A DNA stretch of 60,746 bases from Oscillospiraceae bacterium (GTDB lineage: Bacteria > Bacillota > Clostridia > Oscillospirales > CAG-382), in NCBI GenBank assembly GCA_015065225.1, contig SVQR01000001.1, positions 1 through 60,746 on the forward strand. Direction: 5' to 3'. Position 1 is the stretch's first letter, and each line of letters opens with the position of its first letter. Below, piece after piece: positions 54,271-60,746 of the stretch. Position numbers and translations under genes: made by a program. Below the pieces are notes generated by a model, which did not search any database, had not been told where the DNA came from, and was given only the letters and a program-made list of their open reading frames with translations.

Positions 54271-56421
54271 TTATCTTACATATTTACCCGAAGTAAGCAT
54301 TTCCGATTTACCGTTCACGGTAACCAGAGCCGTTGTACCCTCCGGGATGACAAATTCATAAACGACTTTGTCTCCCTCATATTTCCAAGCGGATACAATC
54401 TTGCCGTGAGCCGAATTATATTCCGCCCTTGCATATCCCAGCCTTCTGTCCGGAACGGGACAAATATCAAACACACGGAACCCTGCCTCATCCTTGCCGC
54501 TTCTCGGCTTTATGCCGCATACCACACCGTACATCCAGTCGCACACAGCACCGTATGCGTAGTGGTTAAAGGAGTTCATATCCGTACTCCACATACTGCC
54601 GTCAGGCTTCATACCGTCCCAATGTTCCCATATAGTGGTAGCTCCGACGGTTACGGGATATAACCACGACGGATATTCACGTCTTAAAAGAAGGTCATAC
54701 ACAAGCTCCGTCTCGCCGTTTGCCGAGAGGGCATGAAGAAGATAAGGCGTACCCACAAATCCCGTGGTAAGTGCCGTACCGTTGTTGCGTATCAGCTTTG
54801 CAAGTTTTTCCGTAACAGCCTTTTTGTCATCGCAAAGACCGAAGTGAAGCTGTATCACACAAGCCGTCTGAGTTTCTGTATAGCTACCGTAAACCTTGCG
54901 GAACTCTTTCACAATATTATCATAAAGCGTGAGATATTCACCGTTGTCCTCACCGATAACCTCCATCGCCTTTGCAAGAATACTTGTGGAATAAGCATAG
55001 AAAGCATCCGAAAGGAAGGATTTGTCCGTTGCTCCGTCATAGCTTCCCTCCGAGGCATCAAGACCAAGCCAGTCGCCGAAGCTGTTGTCGCCCACATACA
55101 TATATTCGTTGTCACCGAAATTTCTCATGTAGCCTATCCACTTTTTCATGGCAGGTACGGCAAGATGCAGTATATCTGTATTCCCGTACATCTCGTACAT
55201 TGTCCACGGAATTATACATATCGCATCCGCCCACGCAGAGCTTACACCTCCGAAGGCATTTGGTATCATGTTGGGAATTCCACCGTTGTCGTATTGATCA
55301 AGTGTCATGTCATATATCCATTTACCAAAGAACTCATTGACATTGAAATTGTACATCGCAGTTTTACAGAACACCTGAGCATCGCCTGTCCAGCCGAGTC
55401 TTTCGTCTCTCTGCGGACAGTCTGTCGGAATATCCAGGAAGTTGCCCTTCTGCCCTCTTATCGTATTCTCAAAAAGCTGATTTACTTCTTTATTCCCACA
55501 GTCGAAATATCCTGTCCTGTCAATCTCGGAATAAACATCCACCGCACGAAGTATTGAAGGATCTGCACCTTCGGGGAAAGAATTAATCCTTACATATCTG
55601 AAGCCGTAGAAGGTGTGATGCGGCTTGTAGTCCTGCTGTCCGTCACGGCAGATATATGTAAATTGACATTTTGCGGTTCTGTAGTTGGCATTGTAGAAAT
55701 TACCATCCTTATCAAGAACTTCCGCAAAGGACAGATCCACCTTCTCACCACTTCTGGCATAAAGTCCCTCAAAGAAGGGATATCCCGTGAGATTAACGCC
55801 GAAATCAACAACAGTTTCTCCCTTTGGCGTTGTAAATACAGCTTTCGGCTCGAATACATCATGCTCCACAACATATTCACCTATCTGAGGGGAAAGCTGC
55901 TTTTTATCACCGTCAAGCACTTTTACCGCATCCTCATATGCAGGCTTTATGTTGGCATCATAGACCTCACCGTCATAAATATCCGATTCAAGTATATTTC
56001 CCGTACCTACTGTCCAGCTCTCGTCAGAAACAATGGTCTGACGAAGACCGCCCGCAAATTCAAGATCTATCTGTGCAATAAGGGCGAAATTCAGCGGAAA
56101 CTGTTTCTGCGGAAGATTCCTCTTTATCCTTCCCGCATACCATCCGGATGCTACGGAGATATAAAGAAAGTCACTTTCCGCAACAAGATCGGTGATGTCA
56201 TAGCTCTGATACATATGATGCTTGTCGTATACTGTCCATCCGGGAGTAAATACCGTATCTCCCGCTTTATCCTTTCCCACAAAAACATTGTAGATACCGC
56301 CTGCTGTCACATGAAGCACCGCTCGCTTCAGCGGATATATTATATTGAGATCGCGGAAATAGACTCTCGGAGCATTGCCGTAGTCCTTTTCGCCGCATAT
56401 CCATTTTGAATTTTCAAACAT
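54271..56421 (-). CDS. Alpha-L-rhamnosidase (glycoside hydrolase family 78)
   Basis: I chose the ATG at 56421 (MFENSKWI...); the longer ORF would overlap the promoter. It has the hallmark DCPQRDERLGWTGD and an N-terminal ..PGWTVYDKHHMYQSYDITDL.. segment. Confidence 0.9.
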   Translation of the reverse strand: MFENSKWICGEKDYGNAPRVYFRDLNIIYPLKRAVLHVTAGGIYNVFVGKDKAGDTVFTPGWTVYDKHHMYQSYDITDLVAESDFLYISVASGWYAGRIKRNLPQKQFPLNFALIAQIDLEFAGGLRQTIVSDESWTVGTGNILESDIYDGEVYDANIKPAYEDAVKVLDGDKKQLSPQIGEYVVEHDVFEPKAVFTTPKGETVVDFGVNLTGYPFFEGLYARSGEKVDLSFAEVLDKDGNFYNANYRTAKCQFTYICRDGQQDYKPHHTFYGFRYVRINSFPEGADPSILRAVDVYSEIDRTGYFDCGNKEVNQLFENTIRGQKGNFLDIPTDCPQRDERLGWTGDAQVFCKTAMYNFNVNEFFGKWIYDMTLDQYDNGGIPNMIPNAFGGVSSAWADAICIIPWTMYEMYGNTDILHLAVPAMKKWIGYMRNFGDNEYMYVGDNSFGDWLGLDASEGSYDGATDKSFLSDAFYAYSTSILAKAMEVIGEDNGEYLTLYDNIVKEFRKVYGSYTETQTACVIQLHFGLCDDKKAVTEKLAKLIRNNGTALTTGFVGTPYLLHALSANGETELVYDLLLRREYPSWLYPVTVGATTIWEHWDGMKPDGSMWSTDMNSFNHYAYGAVCDWMYGVVCGIKPRSGKDEAGFRVFDICPVPDRRLGYARAEYNSAHGKIVSAWKYEGDKVVYEFVIPEGTTALVTVNGKSEMLTSGKYVR

Positions 56422-56458
56422 AGCATATTTCCTTTCGGGGAGTTTCTCTGTAAGTATT

Positions 56459-56487
56459 ATGATATCACAGAAAAAGCACAAAATCAA
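56459..56487 (-). promoter_or_regulatory. Candidate sigma-A promoter of the GH78 gene
   Basis: On the minus strand: TTGATT, a 17-nt spacer, then TGaTATCAT. Confidence 0.45.
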
Positions 56488-56562
56488 GGGGCATGTTTTA
56501 TGATAAAGGGGATTTCTTTACAAAAATCACAGTACTCTCGGATAATGTTTATAAAATCTCAA

Positions 56563-56591
56563 TTGATTTTGTGTGTTACCTGTGTTATCAT
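56563..56591 (+). promoter_or_regulatory. Candidate sigma-A promoter of the PASTA lipoprotein gene
   Basis: TTGATT, a 17-nt spacer, then TGtTATCAT. The predicted TSS near 56598 lies downstream of the ORF-track start at 56596. Confidence 0.5.
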
Positions 56592-56631
56592 ATAGTTGAA
56601 AGAAGACAAAAAAAGAAAGGACGGCGAAAAA

Positions 56632-57825
56632 TTGAGAAGAATAACAAAGCTGATATTGTCACTTATGACTCTGTCTCTTATCGCATCATGTTCGGACAGC
56701 GATATAAATAATACGGACATTCCCGAAAAGGAGAACATCACCGTCATAACGGAAGAAAAAACAACGACCGTCCCCGAGCTTGTCGGAAAGAGCTTTGACA
56801 GCACTCTTCAGGAGGCTCTTATGAATGACGGCTTCATACTCTCGGTAAAGAATGAATTCAGCGATACGATACCGCAGGGACAGATAATAACCCAGACTCC
56901 CGAAGGAGGAAAGACGGTATCCGAAAAGGGCGTAAAGCTTGAGCTTGTCATAAGCGCGGGAAGAAAGGACGGTACTGTCCCCGAAAACACCGATAACGCC
57001 ACGGAAGAGAAGCCGGAGGAGAAAAACGAAGTCGTGCCGGAACAGCCGAAGCCGGAAGAAAAAACGGAAGAACATCCACAGCCTCAGACGAACATAACAG
57101 TTCCCTCGGGCAAGGGACTTACAGCACCGAAGTGGATGATCGCCCCGACGGTGGATTACGATATCCTTTATACCTTCGGAAAGACAGGATACTCCATCTG
57201 TAAAAAGTGGGACAACTACGGAATAATAGATATGAGCGGCAAGCCTTACGGCACAGGTGCGTATACAAAGCTCTTTTACTGTACCGAACACGGACTGTCA
57301 TCCCCGGATGTCAAAGAGCCGACAAGCATCTCGGACGATCTTGTGATATCTCCCGACTGCGGATTCAAGGCGAAGGACGAAAAGAACATCTACGTCTTTG
57401 ACAACACAAGAAACAAGGTCTACCTCACAGGCTATTCCGAGGGAAGATTTAAGATAGCGGACATAACGGAAACGGAATTCTTTAAAACAAATGCCTCCTA
57501 CATAGCCGTGCTTTACGATTGTGATGCGGATCTTATGATGTATGAGGGCATAGGAATGGAATCCCTTGAAGAGATATTCAGAGCGGAAAACAGAAAAATG
57601 CACTACGGAGTGGTCAACAACGAATTTTACACTCTTGTGGAATTCGCATACGATTCCATCCGAGACGGCAACGACTGCTACATCGTTGAAAAAAGCGGCA
57701 AGTACGGCTACAGAGGACTTTCCGGTCAGTACTATTACGAATGCATATTCGAAGAAGCCAACACAGCTTATCTTGGTACCGCATGGGTAAAGTACGGTGG
57801 AAAATGGGGAACGGTAATATTTTAA
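56632..57825 (+). CDS. Lipoprotein with a single PASTA domain, a Pro/Glu-rich linker and WG-type repeats
   Basis: I prefer the TTG at 56632 because it gives (M)RRITKLILSLMTLSLIASC, a lipobox signal peptide. The PASTA domain VPELVGKSFDSTLQEALMNDGFILSV..GQIITQTPEGGKTVSEKGVKLELVIS spans nt 56767-56958. The exact start is uncertain. Confidence 0.7.
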   Translation: MRRITKLILSLMTLSLIASCSDSDINNTDIPEKENITVITEEKTTTVPELVGKSFDSTLQEALMNDGFILSVKNEFSDTIPQGQIITQTPEGGKTVSEKGVKLELVISAGRKDGTVPENTDNATEEKPEEKNEVVPEQPKPEEKTEEHPQPQTNITVPSGKGLTAPKWMIAPTVDYDILYTFGKTGYSICKKWDNYGIIDMSGKPYGTGAYTKLFYCTEHGLSSPDVKEPTSISDDLVISPDCGFKAKDEKNIYVFDNTRNKVYLTGYSEGRFKIADITETEFFKTNASYIAVLYDCDADLMMYEGIGMESLEEIFRAENRKMHYGVVNNEFYTLVEFAYDSIRDGNDCYIVEKSGKYGYRGLSGQYYYECIFEEANTAYLGTAWVKYGGKWGTVIF

Positions 57826-57835
57826 ATATCACAGG

Positions 57836-57863
57836 GCGGGGTCGGAAAGGCCCCGCTTTTTTT
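57836..57863 (+). terminator. Rho-independent terminator
   Basis: GCGGGG-tcggaaagg-CCCCGC followed by TTTTTTT. Confidence 0.8.
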
Positions 57864-57907
57864 GTGTACGTTATATCGGACAGATGCAAATATTTATCTT
57901 GAAGCTA

Positions 57908-57936
57908 TTGACAAAATGGCAATCGTTGGATATAAT
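57908..57936 (+). promoter_or_regulatory. Consensus sigma-A promoter P1 with no obvious long ORF immediately downstream
   Basis: TTGACA, a 17-nt spacer, then TATAAT (both hexamers perfect), about 300 nt upstream of the protease ATG. Confidence 0.5.
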
Positions 57937-58145
57937 TAACAAAGATGACATTTCCAAAATGCATAGTGCACTTGATTTTTGTGAAAGATGTATAAACAAG
58001 ATGCTGTCAGCCGATCAGGGAAACGCAAGATGAAAACATTAAAGTATCGGGAAGACGTTCTTCTGTGCGTTACACGATACAGCATACGCCGGGCGGTACA
58101 TCTATAACATCAAACGGTTTTCACCGAATATTCAGCAAATACATA

Positions 58146-58173
58146 TTGACAAATACACAAAAAGAGCTATAAT
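58146..58173 (+). promoter_or_regulatory. Consensus sigma-A promoter P2 of the protease gene
   Basis: TTGACA, a 16-nt spacer, then TATAAT, 68 nt upstream of the ATG. Confidence 0.55.
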
Positions 58174-58241
58174 AAAAATACAGACCGCACACCGCGGTAC
58201 AGGTCGTATCTCCAAAGATACCCAACGAAAGGAATAGTTAA

Positions 58242-59732
58242 ATGAAGAAAACACTGTCAGCACTTCTCGCATCGGTACTTCTTGCTTCAAGCCTTACCCT
58301 TACAGCACTCGCCGATGTCACAATGTACGCCGCGGACGGAAGAACCATAAGCGTCCCGGAAAGCAGCGTTGAGGCATTTGAAACTGTAAACTGGTACACC
58401 GCACCTCCGGTAATGATGTATTCCGCAGACGGAAGGACCATAATGGTATCCGGCGATAAGGTGGATGCATATAAGGCCGTCTATTGGTATACCTCACCTC
58501 CCGTGAAGATGTTCGCCGCGGACGGAAGAACCATACTTGTTTCCGAGGAGGATGTGGAAGCATACAAAGCCGTAGGCTGGTTCCCGGAAACTACCGTTAC
58601 GATGTACGCGCAGGACGGAAGGATCATAAGTGTAAAGCAGAGCGATGTTGAGGCATATAAGAATGTCGGCTGGTACACAGAGCCTCAGACGGAATCTCAA
58701 AAAGCTCAGCAGAACGCACAGCCGCCGCAGACTCAGCCACCGGCACAGAATTACGATAACATGACAGCTCTCAACTCCGAGCAGATATACGCACAGTGTT
58801 CTCCCGCAGTATTCTACCTTGAAGTATATAACGCCGCAGGCTACATATTAAGCTCGGGAAGCGGATTCTTCATTGACGGAAACGGTACTGCCATAACAAA
58901 CTTTCACGTTATTGACGAAGCGGCCACAGCAAAGATACAGCTTCCGGGAAGCACCGTAATGTACGATGTCACAGGCGTATACGACTATGACGAAAAGGAT
59001 GACTGGGCAGTAATAAAGGTGGCCTATTCATCAAGTACATACCTGCAGATCGGTGATCCTTCAACTGTTGTAGGCGGCGCGCAGATATACACCTTGGGCA
59101 GCCCCGAAGGCTTCCAGAACACCATCTCGCAGGGAATAATCTCCAATCCCGCAAGGATAGAGGACGGTGTTACATATATCCAGATAACGGCTCCCATTTC
59201 ACACGGAAGCAGCGGCGGTGCTCTTATCAATAAATACGGTCAGGTAATAGGTATTACCAGCGCCACATATTCCGACGGTCAGAATCTTAACTTTGCGATA
59301 CCCATGAGTGCGCTTGCAGGCTATTCCACCTCGTCCGTGACACCTCTTGGTAGACTTAGTATTACGACAAATGCTTTTTCTTCATATACATACCCGTCAT
59401 ATGTTCCACCGTCATACAGAAGTTCATATATTTCCTACTACAGCGGTTTTTACGGTATTCCAGACTTTGGCGTCGTGGCAGGCGCAACACTCAAAAAGAC
59501 AGCCTCCACCGATGTGGCATACGGATATTTCTATTATATTGATTTCAGCACGGATGATCTTGATATCTACGTAAAAGCTCTGGAAAACTGTGGATTTATA
59601 TATGATTTTACATACAAGGACAGCCAAGGCAATTCCCACCTGACATTTACAAATTACAGGCTGAATTACAGCGTAAGTATAGGTCTGTCCGATCCGTCAA
59701 GTTCATTTCTGGTAATGATAACGAGGCCATGA
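58242..59732 (+). CDS. Secreted trypsin-like (S1 family, HtrA/SplB-like) serine protease with four N-terminal 31-aa repeats
   Basis: 496 aa with the signal peptide MKKTLSALLASVLLASSLTLTALA. The catalytic triad context is GTAITNFHVI, DWAVIKV and SHGSSGGALIN. Confidence 0.88.
   Translation: MKKTLSALLASVLLASSLTLTALADVTMYAADGRTISVPESSVEAFETVNWYTAPPVMMYSADGRTIMVSGDKVDAYKAVYWYTSPPVKMFAADGRTILVSEEDVEAYKAVGWFPETTVTMYAQDGRIISVKQSDVEAYKNVGWYTEPQTESQKAQQNAQPPQTQPPAQNYDNMTALNSEQIYAQCSPAVFYLEVYNAAGYILSSGSGFFIDGNGTAITNFHVIDEAATAKIQLPGSTVMYDVTGVYDYDEKDDWAVIKVAYSSSTYLQIGDPSTVVGGAQIYTLGSPEGFQNTISQGIISNPARIEDGVTYIQITAPISHGSSGGALINKYGQVIGITSATYSDGQNLNFAIPMSALAGYSTSSVTPLGRLSITTNAFSSYTYPSYVPPSYRSSYISYYSGFYGIPDFGVVAGATLKKTASTDVAYGYFYYIDFSTDDLDIYVKALENCGFIYDFTYKDSQGNSHLTFTNYRLNYSVSIGLSDPSSSFLVMITRP
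58317..58688 (+). repeat. Four tandem 93-nt coding repeats (31 aa each)
   Basis: The four units are VTMYAADGRTISVPESSVEAFETVNWYTAPP, VMMYSADGRTIMVSGDKVDAYKAVYWYTSPP, VKMFAADGRTILVSEEDVEAYKAVGWFPETT and VTMYAQDGRIISVKQSDVEAYKNVGWYTEPQ. Confidence 0.85.
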
Positions 59733-59754
59733 AATAACAAATGAAAAAGCAAAG

Positions 59755-59830
59755 ACCGCAGAAGCAACAACAAACGCCTCTGCGGTGATTTTTTATATAT
59801 GTCCCACAGATATTGCGGGATGTTTTTTTC
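59755..59830. terminator. Terminator region between convergent genes (two hairpins)
   Basis: ACCGCAGA pairs with TCTGCGGT (59755-59786), followed by GATTTTTT. A second hairpin TCCCACA/TGCGGGA is followed by TGTTTTTTT. Confidence 0.5.
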
Positions 59831-59838
59831 AGCTCTGT

Positions 59839-60546
59839 TTAACCTTTGTAGTCCGCAATGGAATCAAGAGCCTCTGCCTGAGCCTGAGTCTTTTCGATTA
59901 TCTCGGGAGTGAATGTGAATATATTCGCGGGAAGGGTATAAGGATATGTCATATAGGTGAAATTGTCGTTGAAATCCACATCCACGACCGTCACAAGAAT
60001 ATCTTCACACTTGGAAAGCTCTTCGGCAACTCTGTAAAATTCGGAATTTGTAAAGCTCGTGTGGGGAAGCTCCGCCTTTATGTTGAGTCTCGGACGCATC
60101 GCAACAAGCTCGGCATATTCCTTCATATAGTCCATATATCCCATAAGCTCGCCGCCGGGGATGAATTCCGTATCATCGGCTTGAATTGTCGCATCGACGG
60201 TAAATTCATTTCCCTTGAAATTGTCCGTGAGAAGCTCTGTTGCCTTGTCCTCCATATAACCCTCAAAATAGCTTCTGAGATAGGAGTTGAGAGCGATATT
60301 CTCGGTATCTATTGTGAATTCGGTACCGTCCGCTGCCGTTGCGGTGATGGTGTAGATCTTGGTTTCACCGTCGAGAGGGGAGACCACAGAGCTTACGTTT
60401 ATGTCCGTCACCGAATCGCCGTAATGAGCCTTTACGTCCTCTTCGTACTTCTGTGCCTGCTTGTCTGCACCGTTACCGCATCCGGCAACAAGAAGTGAAA
60501 GACCGAGTGCCGCTGTAAGTGCTGCGGTATATCTTAAAAATTTCAT
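59839..60546 (-). CDS. Lipoprotein, function unknown
   Basis: 235 aa with an AAGGAGG RBS. The signal peptide carries a lipobox: MKFLRYTAALTAALGLSLLVAGC. Confidence 0.85.
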   Translation of the reverse strand: MKFLRYTAALTAALGLSLLVAGCGNGADKQAQKYEEDVKAHYGDSVTDINVSSVVSPLDGETKIYTITATAADGTEFTIDTENIALNSYLRSYFEGYMEDKATELLTDNFKGNEFTVDATIQADDTEFIPGGELMGYMDYMKEYAELVAMRPRLNIKAELPHTSFTNSEFYRVAEELSKCEDILVTVVDVDFNDNFTYMTYPYTLPANIFTFTPEIIEKTQAQAEALDSIADYKG

Positions 60547-60609
60547 GTCTGCCTCCTTGTTTGATAGGATCTGTCATCTGCAGTTGCTTGCTTTGCACCG
60601 CAGTATCTG

Positions 60610-60746
60610 TCATTCCTTAATATCTATCTTGATATGAAGATCATCAAGAGCCTTCTGTTCAACGCTGGCCGGAGCCATTGTCATAAGCTCAACAGCTGCC
60701 TGATTCTTCGGGAATGCAATAACATCACGAAGGCTTTCCGCGCCGA
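60610..60746 (-). CDS. aspS: Aspartate--tRNA ligase, C-terminal fragment; 5' end lies outside the window
   Basis: The minus-strand frame from 60744 reads [44 protein letters not shown], matching the conserved AspRS C-terminus (..[15 protein letters not shown]..). It is not in the ORF track because it is truncated. Confidence 0.8.
   Translation of the reverse strand, partial: GAESLRDVIAFPKNQAAVELMTMAPASVEQKALDDLHIKIDIKE

Noticed and set aside
58317-58688. Regularly spaced ~93-nt repeats that could be mistaken for a CRISPR-like or satellite array.
   Set aside because: The repeats are in-frame inside an intact ORF with a signal peptide and protease domain. There is no repeat-spacer organisation: every unit is homologous along its full length, and the units have diverged mostly at synonymous or conservative sites.
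1-60746. Search for mobile elements, prophage or defence modules, CRISPR arrays, tRNA and rRNA genes.
   Set aside because: I saw no transposase, integrase, recombinase or Cas-like ORFs and no repeat-spacer arrays. The intergenic gaps hold no cloverleaf-like or rRNA-like conserved stretches. The only compositional anomaly is the AT-rich tail at 13985-14388, which is reported separately.

Overview
This is a 60.7-kb chromosomal window from a Clostridia-type Firmicute. That assignment is an inference from AGGAGG-type RBSs, TTGACA/TATAAT promoters, a PurO-type IMP cyclohydrolase with a truncated PurH, a single-chain PurL, and both dockerin- and SLH-bearing proteins; it looks Ruminococcus/Oscillospiraceae-like. 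All product calls rest on motif recognition by eye; no searches were run.

**Layout**
- **1-11 kb:** the distal part of a de novo purine operon, in the order purM (3' fragment), purN, a membrane passenger gene, IMP cyclohydrolase, purH, a 193-nt structured gap, purD, a glycosidase-like passenger gene, purL.
- **11-16 kb:** a hypothetical gene, a DHHW-family protein with a visibly AT-rich in-frame tail, and fhs.
- **16-30 kb:** envelope and secreted proteins and regulators. These are a GH20-like hydrolase, a 1402-aa SLH/beta-helix protein, a cytoplasmic papain-like protein with an internal duplication, a WG-repeat protein, an orphan fused EtfB-EtfA and an XRE regulator.
- **30.2-56.4 kb:** an almost entirely minus-strand carbohydrate-utilisation island. 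It carries an FGGY kinase, iolB, a PfkB kinase, a class II aldolase, a beta-helix protein, an SGNH esterase, an Fe-S protein, GH31, an FAD-linked oxidase, a metallophosphoesterase, a FucI-like isomerase, a DMT transporter, AraC, a double-SIS MurQ/GCKR-like protein, two tandem GH42-like paralogs, a dockerin protein and a GH78 rhamnosidase.
- **56.5-60.7 kb:** a PASTA lipoprotein, a repeat-bearing S1 serine protease, a lipoprotein and the 3' end of aspS.

I recognised no rRNA, tRNA, CRISPR array, transposase or integrase.

**Most interesting**
- The mosaic catabolic island, which suggests an etherase plus FAD/Fe-S oxidase route for an ether-substituted sugar. This is inference only.
- A family of intergenic palindromic repeats with a compensatory stem change, and an array of five perfect palindromes at 41.4-41.6 kb.
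- The unassigned structured leader upstream of purD.
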